A stretch of 64,000 nucleotides of DNA from K189A clade bacterium (GCA_902528515.1 CABZTD010000007.1:4670-68669); one strand, 5' to 3'. Counted from the first letter of the stretch, positions 1-11,514 are shown. Notes: generated from the letters alone by a model not told the origin. Made by a program: numbers and translations.

Positions 1-147
1 TTAGTTTTCAGAAAATTTGACTAATCAGCGAAAAAAGCGACAGGCTTGACGCATACCCGACCCTACGGGATGCGGGCATGTATCAGTTCTATTCGGCCAG
101 CTACATCATCGACAATGATTCGCGTTAAGAAATACATCCTCCTAAGC

Positions 148-2913
148 CTACCCTCCCGCTTTAACCAAACTGAAGCTGCGAAAAATTGCATTCATGAACA
201 ACAGATTCAGTGAGTGCTGTTGGGCGCGAAAATTTGGATCTTGAGTAAAGCCAATGACCATGCCTTCTCCGTTTGGTTCGGCTACAACGTACGGCTTATA
301 TGCTAGCTGTTGCCGGTTCTGGTCCCATAAAAAACCGCTTGCAGCCAACTTTTCCGCGGCCGCAAAGCGCACAACGTTCGTGCCCTTGTCCTCGCGAATC
401 GGGGTGTAGATTGCTGAGCCTGAAACAAGTGAATGTAATTCTTGCTTCAATCCAGCAGAAAGCCAGTGTTCAAGATCAACTTTGGCCATCGCGATAGCTC
501 CCGAAACGCTTTTAGGACTAGGTTTCTGCGATGCGGTTTTTACCTTGAAAGACGAAGCGTCAAGGACTGATCCGGGTAAAAAAAGCGCATCTGTTTCTTC
601 ATCGATCGAATTAACCTGCTTCGTATCAGCATCCGGAGCTAAGGGGTTATTCCTCAATTCGTTAGCCAGGCGTTCCCGACGAATCGACAAAAGACCTACG
701 TCGGGGTGCGCTAAGAAAGACGTGGCCTCGTCAAGGGAGATCAAAACGCCACCGTCGCTTACCCAATTTCTGAGTTTTTCTCGAAAACTATCTCCAAGGG
801 ATGCGAGGTATCTGGTGTGCTGACCATCGGGTAAAATCAAAACGTCGTACTTGCGCAACTTAATCCGCTCTATCGATTGAGTTCGCACAGCAGTAACGGG
901 ATATTGGAATACCTGCTCCAAGACGTATTTCGCGCTACCTGCGCTATAGGCGTTGGTCGGCTCGTCCCACAGCAGCGCGACTTTAGGTGCTTGCATCACT
1001 AAAACATTATTGCTGCCAAAATTAGGACCATCGGACACCCAGCTGTCATCGACAGCGACAACCTCTGCGCCAGTTTCGGAGACGAGCTCCTTAACTACCT
1101 GGTGAATTGGGTCACCGTTATTATGGACACTGATAATGAGAGTGCCGCGCCCATACCGACGTTGCTGATGTTCAAAGGCCAAGTTCGAGCTTTTTACGTG
1201 CAGGCCCTCACGAAGCGATTTCGCTAGGAAAAGAGCCGAAGCGCGCGACCCCCAGGGGACCAAATAGGCAAGCTTCGCCTCTTTCAAAACAGCACTGGTT
1301 TTCCTAATCGAAGCCTCGGAAATCTGTTCATTCTCAGCGGATATCAGCCGAGTACAATTTTTCACGTCAACACCGTACATTAGTGGATAGGACCATGCTG
1401 TAACGTCGTAAATTTGGCTCGCCTGTCTTTTTTCCGATCGCTCGGATTCTTGACTTAGAAAGGCTTCAGGAAGGTCGACCTGCTTTTCTAGCAAAGTCCG
1501 AATCAGTCGACTTGTGGGTTGATCCAGATTTAGAAAATAACTCCCCGCGCGAAAGCTATCACCACATGCCCGGAAGTCTTCCAATGATCGTCTTACCTCG
1601 ATTCCCTGCCTCGACAAATTAAGGGCCATGGTAAACGCAGCGTCCTCGCCCGCACTATCTGCAAATATATAGGATTTGGTTCTGCCCTCGGTGCCAATTT
1701 CAATGGCAGACCGTCGATACTCATAAAATTGGCGCAACAACGATTCTCTGTTTGTCGCCACGGTTTCAATGGTCGCCAAAGAGGCAACAAAGTGATTTCT
1801 GACCGTTTCAGCATATGTGAATACTGAACCGTCATAACGCGTAGCAAGCAAGCCTCGAGCGGACGCTTGCTCATAAGTCATCGCAATCGAGCCGTGATAA
1901 ATTGGCCAGCTGGCGCCATAGCCAGGATAAAAAGCATCGAACACCTCACGTGTAAAATAATCGATACCGAGCTCATCGAATCGTCGAGCGTTTGTTTTCC
2001 CGAACATAAATAAGGACGCTCGCTGTTCGTCTGTAATGAACGGGTTGTAGGGTTCCGCTTCAGGCGCAAAGAAATAAGTCGAGTCAGAGCCCATCTCATG
2101 AGCATCCACGAAAGCAATCGGCATCCACTCGAGAAATGCCTTGGCGTGCGCACGTATCTCGGGCTGCGTTTGAGCAAACCAGTCTCTATTTAAATCGAAC
2201 AGATAATGATTCGTTCTACCCCTGGGCCAAGGTTCATTATGCTCGGCACTGTCCATGTCAGCGCTAGGATCTGGTCCTCGTGCCATTTCGAAATTGTGCA
2301 CAAAGCGGTCCCGCCCATCAGGGTTTTGTACGGGGACCAGAACCGTAACGGTCCTTTCCATTGCCGATTTTGCGATCGGATCATTAGTGCTGGCCAGAAG
2401 GTGATACGCGGTAGCCATTGCCGCTTCAGTAGACGAGATTTCGTTGCCGTGCACGCTATATGATAACCAAGTTATCGCAGGCGTATTTTTTATCAGATCT
2501 TGGGCTTGTGTTTTTGAAAGCTGACGCGGATCCGCAAGTCGCCGCATATCGTTTTTTATGTCGGCCAGCTTGGCGATATTTTCCCCACTCGAAAGCACAA
2601 CGTAAAATAGTCGTCTGCCCTCCCAACTTTCACCATAGTCGAAGATACGCACATTTTGTGGCGCGTGCCTCTGCAGCGCCTCGAAATATTTCCGAGCATC
2701 GGCCGTCCAGTTAATACGACTTCCCAGGGGATAGCCAAGGATCTGCTTCACCGAGGGAACAACTTCGTTGTGCTCATAACGCCCAAAGATGGTCGATGAC
2801 TCTTTCGCCATCAAATTAGGACTGTTGGCTAGCAGCGGCGCTAAACAAAAGAATGCCCGAATGATCTGCGCTGACGTTCTGTTTTTAAACAGCGTGTTTG
2901 TTTTATTGGTCAT
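148..2913 (-). CDS. M14 family zinc carboxypeptidase, exported
   Basis: HGNE Zn motif (SVHGNEIS), NPDG, NHYLFDLNRD and DAHEM motifs, signal-like N-terminus. ORF extends to 2991 but ATG 2913 is the likely start. Confidence 0.85.
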   Translation of the reverse strand: MTNKTNTLFKNRTSAQIIRAFFCLAPLLANSPNLMAKESSTIFGRYEHNEVVPSVKQILGYPLGSRINWTADARKYFEALQRHAPQNVRIFDYGESWEGRRLFYVVLSSGENIAKLADIKNDMRRLADPRQLSKTQAQDLIKNTPAITWLSYSVHGNEISSTEAAMATAYHLLASTNDPIAKSAMERTVTVLVPVQNPDGRDRFVHNFEMARGPDPSADMDSAEHNEPWPRGRTNHYLFDLNRDWFAQTQPEIRAHAKAFLEWMPIAFVDAHEMGSDSTYFFAPEAEPYNPFITDEQRASLFMFGKTNARRFDELGIDYFTREVFDAFYPGYGASWPIYHGSIAMTYEQASARGLLATRYDGSVFTYAETVRNHFVASLATIETVATNRESLLRQFYEYRRSAIEIGTEGRTKSYIFADSAGEDAAFTMALNLSRQGIEVRRSLEDFRACGDSFRAGSYFLNLDQPTSRLIRTLLEKQVDLPEAFLSQESERSEKRQASQIYDVTAWSYPLMYGVDVKNCTRLISAENEQISEASIRKTSAVLKEAKLAYLVPWGSRASALFLAKSLREGLHVKSSNLAFEHQQRRYGRGTLIISVHNNGDPIHQVVKELVSETGAEVVAVDDSWVSDGPNFGSNNVLVMQAPKVALLWDEPTNAYSAGSAKYVLEQVFQYPVTAVRTQSIERIKLRKYDVLILPDGQHTRYLASLGDSFREKLRNWVSDGGVLISLDEATSFLAHPDVGLLSIRRERLANELRNNPLAPDADTKQVNSIDEETDALFLPGSVLDASSFKVKTASQKPSPKSVSGAIAMAKVDLEHWLSAGLKQELHSLVSGSAIYTPIREDKGTNVVRFAAAEKLAASGFLWDQNRQQLAYKPYVVAEPNGEGMVIGFTQDPNFRAQQHSLNLLFMNAIFRSFSLVKAGG

Positions 2914-3284
2914 GAAGTGCTGTTCCCCAGTCGAATTTCTCTCAACAAAGCGTTCTGTTTTTGCTAGCCTAAACATCGTCAATCGAAACACATCTAGCCT
3001 TCAAAGACGCCATTGAAATAGCCGTGGCACTTCAGACGTCATAGGCCTCGGCTCGCTTTAAATCTATCGAACTTGCACAGAAGCTTGTTACAAAGACCAC
3101 TGTCTGCGCACTCTTTTTTTGAACACTATTTATTCGATAGGCGGATGGTGACGGCTGTGATATCAATGGGGACTCGAGACGCTACTCAGGTGAAGGGGGT
3201 ATTCGTCAACCTTCGAAATAAAAAACTTTCGTTTGTTTGAAGTCGCAAACTTGTTATGTCTCGTCTTGGATGTCACTGATAGCT

Positions 3285-5264
3285 TCAATTAGTGTCTGTA
3301 AAAAGACTCTTGGACATGTTGGCTTCTAAAAAGTCCGCGACCGCTCGATAAAAAACGACTCGATTCTCTAATTTTCTAATAGAGTGCCCTTCATCCGAAA
3401 ACCTAAGGTAGGTCACTGGGTGCCCCGCTTCACGCACCGCGTTAACAATGCGATCTGATTCCGTTACTGGATCTCTAGGATCATTAGCTCCATGCGCGAC
3501 AAGAAGAGGCACATTGATCTTATCTGCGTTGTTGATAGGTGAATTGACTGTATAAAAAGCTTGCCATTTAGGCTCCGTTATATCGCCATACTCTATGCGA
3601 TCCGAAGCCTTCAACCCTGGCGAGGCCTCTTCTAATGCACGCACCCAGTCCGAGACACCAACCACCGATACACCTGCTTGGAAAACACCCGGATACCGCC
3701 CCAATACATCGTTGACCATGTATCCACCGTACGACCCGCCCATAACAGCGAGGCGATCGCCGTCCAGTCTGGAATCCCTGCCTAAGAAAGCTGCAGTATC
3801 TACCAAATCACTAACCGAATTAAGCCGCAATTCTTGGTTGTCGAGCCTCGCATAGGTTTTGCCAAAACCAGTGGAGCCGCGCACATTCACAGCAAATACC
3901 GCTATTCCGCGATTCACTAAATACTGTTCTACGGGGCGGAATGTGGGTCTACTTTGTGCGGTGGGCCCACCGTGAACTTGGACGACGGCCGGACGTTTAC
4001 CCGGGAAAAACTCAGCGTCTGGGAGGTACAACAAACCTTGAAGCTGCACACCGTCGTGCGCGGGATATGTCAGGGAGATCGGCGTTACAAACGACTCCTG
4101 GTCCAGACCACCCAGAGAGGCAGCAAAAACCCGCTTGACGTTTGCAGGTGAATCAATTGGCCACACATATACATCCCCAGGCGTACCGGGCCCATCAAGT
4201 TTCAATGTCACAACATCTCCTGATGCGCTGACGTCCATTTCGTAGACGCCATGAGGTAATTTAGGCACTTGGATGGGCTTTTGAGAGGTTAAATCGAGGC
4301 CTTGAAGCTTCGAGTAACCCTCTTGATTGGTCGTCCAAAGTAGAAAATTGCCATCTTCGCTCAGCTGAACGTTGCTGGAATCGGCGTCAGTGGCGAAAAG
4401 CGTCGTTAGCTCGTCAGTAGCCAGTTCGTAAAAAGCGACTGCATTGAACTCGCGGTCCAAATTGGTTGTCAAATAAAAACCGGAACCATCTGGCCGCCAT
4501 TGGAAATCGGAGAAATTGGCAGCAACCTCCGGACGCATTATGGGGGCCATGTCTCCCGACTTAACGTTTAGCAGGTAGACATCGTTAGCATCCTCGCCTC
4601 GGGTCTCGGAGACAACTACAAGGTCACCACCGGGTTGCCAGGCTTCCGGAAAAAAACCGTATTCGCTTTCATAGATTAACTGCGTTTCCCCACTCAACAC
4701 GTTTACGACGTAGAGATCGAAATCGAGTCCGTTGCGTTCCGTTGAGGCGTAAATTGCTCTTTCGCCATCGGTAGAAAAATCACCCAGCCTACGAAAAGCA
4801 TTGGATGCGGGAAGTAGCTCTCGCTCTGATGAACCGTCTATCGACAAAACCGAGAATCCCTCTCGTTCATTGCCCGCAACGTCGCGACCGATTAAAAACT
4901 CTCGACCGTTCGGCGAGAATGCGTAAAAAGTGATTCCACTTCCGAAGGTAATTTGTTGCGGCGCACCTCCTTCTTTAGGCATTCGCCAAAGCTGCGGCTC
5001 GCCTGTGATGGACCAGATAAAAGCGATCGTTTCACCATCGGGAGAGAGATTGACCGACTTCGCACCCTGCGCTAAGAGATATCGATTAATATCTTGAGGC
5101 TTTTCGCCAGCAAGACCCACTTGGACACTTTGAGGCGCAGGAATGTCTCCCGGGTGCGGCCAGTTGATCTCACCAGATAGTAACCTTGGCTGCAAAGCGG
5201 CGAGACAAATCAATAAACATACAGCGATTTTGTTTTTACAAAACCTTAAGCGTGCAAATTCCAT
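3285..5264 (-). CDS. S9 family (prolyl oligopeptidase/acylaminoacyl) peptidase, exported
   Basis: Beta-propeller repeats, VHGGP, GGSYGG nucleophile elbow, HGANDPR Asp and DEGH His of the catalytic triad, signal peptide. Confidence 0.9.
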   Translation of the reverse strand: MEFARLRFCKNKIAVCLLICLAALQPRLLSGEINWPHPGDIPAPQSVQVGLAGEKPQDINRYLLAQGAKSVNLSPDGETIAFIWSITGEPQLWRMPKEGGAPQQITFGSGITFYAFSPNGREFLIGRDVAGNEREGFSVLSIDGSSERELLPASNAFRRLGDFSTDGERAIYASTERNGLDFDLYVVNVLSGETQLIYESEYGFFPEAWQPGGDLVVVSETRGEDANDVYLLNVKSGDMAPIMRPEVAANFSDFQWRPDGSGFYLTTNLDREFNAVAFYELATDELTTLFATDADSSNVQLSEDGNFLLWTTNQEGYSKLQGLDLTSQKPIQVPKLPHGVYEMDVSASGDVVTLKLDGPGTPGDVYVWPIDSPANVKRVFAASLGGLDQESFVTPISLTYPAHDGVQLQGLLYLPDAEFFPGKRPAVVQVHGGPTAQSRPTFRPVEQYLVNRGIAVFAVNVRGSTGFGKTYARLDNQELRLNSVSDLVDTAAFLGRDSRLDGDRLAVMGGSYGGYMVNDVLGRYPGVFQAGVSVVGVSDWVRALEEASPGLKASDRIEYGDITEPKWQAFYTVNSPINNADKINVPLLVAHGANDPRDPVTESDRIVNAVREAGHPVTYLRFSDEGHSIRKLENRVVFYRAVADFLEANMSKSLFTDTN

Positions 5265-5738
5265 TGTGTATCTCTTTTAGCAAATGGAGGAATCTTGAAA
5301 TGGACACAGGTACGAAAGTAACGCCTTAATAGTTTTAAGCATGAGCATCTGACTCCTATTTTCGGCACAAACCCAGTCGGTGCGGTGTTAAAAAATTATC
5401 GGTCGTGCAGCCCTCTTTGTATTCGCGTCCAAAACTCGGAGAATTGGAGACAAAAGTTCTTGACAACACATTACAACCGCTTTTCCGTCATTGAGCATTA
5501 ACAATCACCAGCCACTTCTAAGTCTTCGAGGTTGTAGGCGAGTAATATTTTCAGGGGAACGGCGCGCGACAAGCTTGATGTATTACGAGTGGTTTCCAGA
5601 CTCCTGCAGCTAGAGCCAATGCTAGATCGCGAAGAGCCTCCTGAGAGGTCATGCGCTCACTGAAATAAATCATTTAAAAAAGCGCCGTACCCAAAACGAG
5701 TTGCCTTGCAAAAAACGTTTACAGGTCTAAAAGATGGA

Positions 5739-5815
5739 TGGTCGGGGTAGAGAGATTCGAACTCCCGACATCCTGCTCCCAAAGCAGGCGCGCTACCAGA
5801 CTGCGCTATACCCCG
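5739..5815 (-). tRNA. tRNA-Pro(TGG)
   Basis: Reverse complement CGGGGTATAGCGCAGTCTGGTAGCGCGCCTGCTTTGGGAGCAGGATGTCGGGAGTTCGAATCTCTCTACCCCGACCA folds as a cloverleaf with anticodon TGG and encoded CCA. Confidence 0.97.
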
Positions 5816-6029
5816 AACTTTAAATGTCTAGCACCCATCGTGCTAAGAGGTTGGAGGATGGTACTGCCCCGCCCAACCTCGGTCAATTTCTTTCGCGCCG
5901 GTTCGTTGCGCCATCCACTCATCCGGACTTTGCATTAGGCGAACTGCGTTCAGGATAGTAGAATCACAGCACGCATGAGAATGCTCGCATCTTTAGCCAC
6001 GCTAATGCGCTCTTACCCATGGAGATACA

Positions 6030-6902
6030 ATGACGGCGCAGATACTAGATGGAAATGTATTGGCTACGCGAGTTCGTAAACGTCTCCAAGATATCGTGGC
6101 GCGATGGAAAAATCAGGGTTATCGCCCACCTGGCCTTGCAGTGATTTTAGTGGGGAACGATCCAGCGTCCGCTATCTATGTCAAAGGCAAAAGACGAGAC
6201 TGTGAGGAAGTCGGGGTCTATTCCAAGACTCTCCATCTTGACGCGGCGATCGATCAAGCCGAGCTCGAGGCACATATTGATGACCTTAATGCTGATCCAA
6301 ACATCGATGGCATTCTTGTACAAAGTCCTCTTTCACCGCACCACGATGAAGACAGAATTGTTGATCGAATTCTACCCAACAAGGATGTCGACGGTTTTCA
6401 CGCGTACAACGTAGGACGTTTGGCACTACGACGCCCTACTCTGCGCAGCTGTACCCCCATGGGGGTGATGCAAATGCTCGATCACATTGGCACTCAATAC
6501 AAAGGATCTCATGCCACCATAATCGGTGCTTCTAACCATGTTGGCCGTCCAATGAGCCTCGAACTCCTGCTTGCCGGCGTAACGGTAACAACTGCTCATA
6601 AGTTCACCACCAATACCAAAGAAATGGCTCGTCAGGCCGACATTTTGATAAGCGCAGTCGGAAAACCCGGTTTAGTGCCGGGAGATTGGATTAAGACAGG
6701 CGCGACAGTTATCGACGTTGGCATCACCCGCGGTAACAACAACAAACTTTTCGGCGATATTGAGTTCGAAGCTGCAAAGGAGAGAGCCGCCTGGATCACA
6801 CCTGTACCCGGCGGTGTTGGGCCAATGACAAGAGTTGCCCTGATGCAAAATACCATGCAGGCGGCAGCGGGCCATCTTGGTATTTCCTGGAAAGCACTTT
6901 GA
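6030..6902 (+). CDS. folD: Bifunctional methylenetetrahydrofolate dehydrogenase/cyclohydrolase
   Basis: PGLAVILVG, KDVDGFH, CTP, VIDVGI and TPVPGGVGPMT motifs. Confidence 0.97.
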   Translation: MTAQILDGNVLATRVRKRLQDIVARWKNQGYRPPGLAVILVGNDPASAIYVKGKRRDCEEVGVYSKTLHLDAAIDQAELEAHIDDLNADPNIDGILVQSPLSPHHDEDRIVDRILPNKDVDGFHAYNVGRLALRRPTLRSCTPMGVMQMLDHIGTQYKGSHATIIGASNHVGRPMSLELLLAGVTVTTAHKFTTNTKEMARQADILISAVGKPGLVPGDWIKTGATVIDVGITRGNNNKLFGDIEFEAAKERAAWITPVPGGVGPMTRVALMQNTMQAAAGHLGISWKAL

Positions 6903-7633
6903 AACGGATATTTTTGTCCGATACGCACCTGCAGCATGTCGATTCTGCAACTTTTTCGGCGTTTTTGGATTTGCTTCAAATCGAGTCGCGGCAGATTGAT
7001 GAGATCTATCTGTTGGGTGATCTGGTCGAGATGTGGGTAGGTGACGACGACGATTCGGATTCAGCAGCACTGCTCAGAAAGTCACTAAAAAACGCCAGCG
7101 AACACGCGGCTATTTTTTTGCAGCATGGCAACCGGGATTTTTTGTTCGGTGATAAATTTTGCCAAGCCAGCGGCATAACGAAACTGCCAGATCCTTTTCT
7201 CTTAGACGATCACATACTCCTCACCCATGGAGATGCTTTCTGCACCGATGATCAAGCTTATCAGGAGGTTCGCTCTTTATTGCGTAGCCGCAAATGGCAG
7301 CAGGACATCTTGCAAAAGTCGCTTATCGAGAGACAAGAAATGGGCCGACAGATGCGGCAGCAAAGTCAGCAAACAAATGCCAATAAACCTGCCCAAATTA
7401 TGGATGTGAATAGTGTTGCTGCTGCACAAACTATGCAGCAATACAGTGCAGACTTGCTGATTCACGGGCACACCCATCGACCTGGCGATTACCCGCGCAG
7501 AGGACAGGACACCTTTCGCCGCATCGTGCTAGGGCATTGGCAAGATTGTGGATGGTTATGCCGTCAGAATGGCGATTCTTTTCGCCTAGAGTGTTTCTCG
7601 CTTAATCGCTATGTCGCGAGCGCTCCGCCATGA
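6899..7633 (+). CDS. lpxH: UDP-2,3-diacylglucosamine diphosphatase
   Basis: SDTHL, LGDLVEMWVGDD, HGNRDF, HGD and IHGHTHRP calcineurin-like motifs. Confidence 0.93.
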   Translation: MKRIFLSDTHLQHVDSATFSAFLDLLQIESRQIDEIYLLGDLVEMWVGDDDDSDSAALLRKSLKNASEHAAIFLQHGNRDFLFGDKFCQASGITKLPDPFLLDDHILLTHGDAFCTDDQAYQEVRSLLRSRKWQQDILQKSLIERQEMGRQMRQQSQQTNANKPAQIMDVNSVAAAQTMQQYSADLLIHGHTHRPGDYPRRGQDTFRRIVLGHWQDCGWLCRQNGDSFRLECFSLNRYVASAPP

Positions 7634-8259
7634 AACCGCAATTGTGAGTCAGCTGCGGTCACCAATTCGGCGTCTGCGGCCAAGAAATCATTGACCCGCT
7701 CGTCAAGCGACGGGTATCCACCTGATTGCTGGTTCACCTCCTCGGCAAGCCCCAAATATTCCTGAAAGTGTCGGGCTTCAGAGTTAAGAAGCGACCGGTA
7801 AAGTTCTGAGACTTTTTCAGGCAAAACTTGTACGAGCACCGCGAAGCGCTCGCACGATCGCGCCTCTACCACGGCTCCGCAGATGAGCAAATCGACCAAT
7901 CGCCGCGGCTCAGCTTTGCTCACCAGTTTATGCAGGCCTTGGGCATATCGGGAAGAATTTATTTGTTCGTAGACAATGCCACAGTCAATCATCAACTCGA
8001 GCACCTGCTCGAAATGCCGCAACTCCTCTCGAGCCAGTGACGACATTTTTTTGAGCAGGTGGGGATATTCGACATAACGATACATCATGCTTAGCGCGGT
8101 GCTTGCGGCCTTCTTCTCACAGTTCGCATGATCCATTAGTAGTAACGGTAGATTATCGGCCGCCGCTTTAAACCAAGCGGCAGGGGTATCGACGCTCAAA
8201 AACTCTCTGACTACCCTTACAGCATCAAGATTACGTTGCGAGAGCACTCGGTTTTTCAC
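7609..8259 (-). CDS. miaE: tRNA-(ms2io6A)-hydroxylase
   Basis: DHANCEKKAA, EELRHF, EARSCERF and SEARHF di-iron motifs. Confidence 0.93.
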   Translation of the reverse strand: MKNRVLSQRNLDAVRVVREFLSVDTPAAWFKAAADNLPLLLMDHANCEKKAASTALSMMYRYVEYPHLLKKMSSLAREELRHFEQVLELMIDCGIVYEQINSSRYAQGLHKLVSKAEPRRLVDLLICGAVVEARSCERFAVLVQVLPEKVSELYRSLLNSEARHFQEYLGLAEEVNQQSGGYPSLDERVNDFLAADAELVTAADSQLRFHGGALAT

Positions 8260-8747
8260 GCAGGTACCTTAAAATTTCGTTCATAGTGGGCTTTGGCGCG
8301 TCGATAGCTTTCGGCATCGAGCAGCTGCATAGCGTAGAGGGTGTCGAGCTCTGGCGTCGGCTGGTTACCTGGGTTAGGCCACGCAACCGCTCCTCGTGAC
8401 AAAGCAAGCCCCGCACTGGCAAGTGGTTTTTCTCGCCGGACCATGAGCCGTAGCAGCTGGTATTGACCTTCTTTCTGATCCAAGTCGGCTAAGCCTGCTT
8501 CGCCCAACGCGGCTCGCAGCAAGCCTGGCTCATGGCAGACAAGTAGCGCCTCAAGAATTTCATCCCTGAGTCGCGACAGCCTCTCACGTACCGCATCTTG
8601 CTGGGTTGCGTCATAACCGTTCCACTGCACGATCTCGTGGGCAAAACGTTTACAGCCTCGACATACAAGATCACCGTATGTCGTTGAGCAAATACCAACA
8701 CAGGGTGTTCGTTTGTTTATTTGCATAATGCTCTCCCTGTCACTCAA
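8256..8747 (-). CDS. DUF1289 family Cys-cluster protein
   Basis: [30 protein letters not shown] signature. Confidence 0.85.
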   Translation of the reverse strand: MSDRESIMQINKRTPCVGICSTTYGDLVCRGCKRFAHEIVQWNGYDATQQDAVRERLSRLRDEILEALLVCHEPGLLRAALGEAGLADLDQKEGQYQLLRLMVRREKPLASAGLALSRGAVAWPNPGNQPTPELDTLYAMQLLDAESYRRAKAHYERNFKVPA

Positions 8748-10270
8748 GAATGGTTATGAAGGTCCAGAACATTTGTATCGACCAAAAAGCTCAGCTCTTG
8801 TTGGCGCTTGGAGGCGTCGCTTCTAGCTATCGAAAGCCTAGCAAGATAGTCCGCTCCTACGTCTCCGGTAACATATCTTCCGTCAAATGCCGAGCACTCA
8901 AAGTCTCGCACGTGCGGGTTACCTTCCTGACAACTTTTTTTTAGATCCTCTATGGACTGATAGATCAACCAGTCGGCACCAATAATGTGCGCCACTTCTT
9001 CCTCGGTCCTCTGATGCGCGACGAATTCATCACGAGCAGGCATATCAATGCCATAGACGTTTTGATATCGCAGTGCAGGCGCTGCGCTGGCCATGTAGAC
9101 TTTCCGCGCGCCCGCTTCTCTGGCCAGCTGAATGATTTGAGTGATGGTTGTGCCACGTACGATGGAATCGTCTACAAGCAGCACATTCTTCCCCTTGAAT
9201 TCCAAATCAATAGCATTAAGTTTTTGTCTAACGGAGTCGCGGCGCTGCTTTTGTCCGGACATGATGAACGTCCTGCCGATGTAGCGGTTCTTGACGAACC
9301 CCTCGCGAAACTTCGCGCCAAGCTCGTGGGCCATCGGCAAGGCTGCAGTGCGACCGGTGTCAGGGATCGGAATTACCACATCAATATCGTGATCGTGTTG
9401 GGAAAACTGGCCAAGAATCCTCCGCGCCAGATGCTCTCCCATTCGTAAGCGACTTTTATACACAGATATGTCATCAATAATAGAATCAGGCCGTGCAAAA
9501 TAGACATGCTCGAAAATACAGGGCGTGAGTTCCGGGTTGGCAGCACATTGACGACGAAAAATTTCCCCCTCGTTCGAAATAAATATCGCCTCACCCGGAG
9601 CGACGTCATCTATACGGTTGTAACCAAGAATATCTAGCGCCACAGACTCAGAAGCAAGCATGTACTCCGTCCCGCTCTCCGTTTCTCGACTGCCGTAAAC
9701 CAAGGGACGAATGCCGTATGGATCGCGAAAACCTAAGAGCCCCGAACCGATCACCATGGCGACCACAGCGTAAGCGCCGCGACAGCGCTGATGTACCGCG
9801 CCCACCGCCTTAAACATTTCAGTGGGTGATGGATTTATCGCATGTAGCACTCCCAGCTCGTTGGCCAGAACGTTGAGCAGGACCTCCGAATCACTGCTGG
9901 TGTTGATATGCCTCAGGTCCTCAGCAAATAGATCACTCATCAATTCTTCGGTATTCGTCAAGTTACCGTTGTGCGCAAGGGCAATACCGTAAGGAGAGTT
10001 GACGTAGAGTGGTTGAGCTTCGGCGGAGCTCGTAGATCCGGCTGTAGGATAACGGCACTGCCCTAGACCCACATTGCCCTTCAAACGTTGCATGTGTTGT
10101 GCCTGGAAGACGTCCTTGACCAGACCATTGTCTTTGCGCAGATAGCAGCGACGTCCATCGGTGGTGACCATGCCCGCCGCATCCTGACCACGATGTTGAA
10201 GTATGGTTAAAGCGTCATAGATATCCTGCTTGACCTCGTTGCGGGCAACGATCCCCACTATTCCGCACAT
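8744..10270 (-). CDS. purF: Amidophosphoribosyltransferase
   Basis: N-terminal MCGIVG, QHRGQD, PRPP loop [13 protein letters not shown]. Confidence 0.98.
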   Translation of the reverse strand: MCGIVGIVARNEVKQDIYDALTILQHRGQDAAGMVTTDGRRCYLRKDNGLVKDVFQAQHMQRLKGNVGLGQCRYPTAGSTSSAEAQPLYVNSPYGIALAHNGNLTNTEELMSDLFAEDLRHINTSSDSEVLLNVLANELGVLHAINPSPTEMFKAVGAVHQRCRGAYAVVAMVIGSGLLGFRDPYGIRPLVYGSRETESGTEYMLASESVALDILGYNRIDDVAPGEAIFISNEGEIFRRQCAANPELTPCIFEHVYFARPDSIIDDISVYKSRLRMGEHLARRILGQFSQHDHDIDVVIPIPDTGRTAALPMAHELGAKFREGFVKNRYIGRTFIMSGQKQRRDSVRQKLNAIDLEFKGKNVLLVDDSIVRGTTITQIIQLAREAGARKVYMASAAPALRYQNVYGIDMPARDEFVAHQRTEEEVAHIIGADWLIYQSIEDLKKSCQEGNPHVRDFECSAFDGRYVTGDVGADYLARLSIARSDASKRQQELSFLVDTNVLDLHNHS

Positions 10271-10288
10271 TAGGCCATTGCTTCCGGG

Positions 10289-10873
10289 CTACTCTTCAAA
10301 ATAATCCGCATCTTCATATTCATCTGTCATTTCGACGTCTGGCGGATCCTCGCTGGTAAAGTCGAGATTACTGAAATCCGGCGGCACAGGCGGGTCCTCT
10401 AGGTTTTGGCTTGCAATATCCACGACCGTCAGCACTTCATCTTCAAACTGCAGGAAGCTGTATTTCAGTTCTGAATCCGCCCACCACCCGGTGTTAGAGA
10501 ACATGCTCTGACTCACCATGAGCAAAATCGTCACAACGATACCTCCGCGAACCGCGCCAAAAGCGAAACCTAGTACCCGGTCAGTACTTGACAAACCAGA
10601 ACGCGTAACCACCTGTCCCAGCCCCCACCTAACCATGCTAGCTGCAGCCAATGTAGCAATGACGACGATTAAAAAGGCTACGATTTGTCCGAATTGCTCC
10701 TCACCCAAGTATTCGGAGAACTCTGTCGCGACGGAAGGGCCAAACCAGATACCGAAGAGAAATGCAGCGATCCATGAAGCAAGCGAAAAGGCCTCTCGGA
10801 TTAGCCCGCGGGCGAGGCCAACGAGCGACGAAAGCAGCACAATAGCGATAATTATGTAATCCAAATGCGACAT
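10289..10873 (-). CDS. cvpA: CvpA family membrane protein
   Basis: GLARGLIREAFSL and DRVLGFAFGAVRG, directly upstream of purF. Confidence 0.9.
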   Translation of the reverse strand: MSHLDYIIIAIVLLSSLVGLARGLIREAFSLASWIAAFLFGIWFGPSVATEFSEYLGEEQFGQIVAFLIVVIATLAAASMVRWGLGQVVTRSGLSSTDRVLGFAFGAVRGGIVVTILLMVSQSMFSNTGWWADSELKYSFLQFEDEVLTVVDIASQNLEDPPVPPDFSNLDFTSEDPPDVEMTDEYEDADYFEE

Positions 10874-10910
10874 TTTTTCCGCTTGCAATGGATGCTTTAG
10901 AGCCAGGACC

Positions 10911-11510
10911 CTAAAGCGCCATGGCTACCACAATAGCTTCAACCCCATATATCTGGGAATACGATATGCGCTTTTCTTTTGCCAAAGTATGACTGAGCAT
11001 CGGTCCCACGGCGACCCGATAGCGAATTTTTTCATCACTTGTTCCACGCTGTTTGTACTGAGAGATAAATGCCTCCTCGCCGTCGGCAAGGAGCTGTTCC
11101 CGCAACTTACGAGCGTTCATCCGCTTATCAAATGTGGCTAGCTGCACGGCAAAAACCTCTGTTTTTTCGCGAATCGGCAACAACATGGGCTCACCAAAAC
11201 GGGTTCCGTTGTCGACCCAGTATCCGTCTGGATCAACGGTCTTACGAATCTCCCCGACCTTCTCCTGCAGTTTCGAATTAGCAAACGCTTGGTCCATCGC
11301 CTGTTGGTCTTGCGCCATTTGGGCGATCAATGACTCCACCTCGGCTCGGGGGTCTACATTTTCAAATGTTTGCGTATCTGCACGACCTGAGGTCGAGGGG
11401 ATATGTTGAAGTGATGGCGCAGGTGCATCAAAAATCATGGGCAAAAATATCGCGGCCAGGGAAATTAAGAAAATTGTGCCGATGAGCCGATAGCGGGTGA
11501 CTTCTTTCAT
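10911..11510 (-). CDS. dedD: SPOR-domain cell division protein (DedD-like)
   Basis: RLIGTIFLISLAAIFLP transmembrane anchor, C-terminal SPOR domain (VQLATF...YRVAVGP), located between folC and cvpA. Confidence 0.8.
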   Translation of the reverse strand: MKEVTRYRLIGTIFLISLAAIFLPMIFDAPAPSLQHIPSTSGRADTQTFENVDPRAEVESLIAQMAQDQQAMDQAFANSKLQEKVGEIRKTVDPDGYWVDNGTRFGEPMLLPIREKTEVFAVQLATFDKRMNARKLREQLLADGEEAFISQYKQRGTSDEKIRYRVAVGPMLSHTLAKEKRISYSQIYGVEAIVVAMAL

Positions 11511-11514
11511 GGCC

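Noticed and set aside
5738-5938. 66-aa ORF MVGVERFELPTSCSQSRRAT
   Set aside because: It is the antisense translation of tRNA-Pro.
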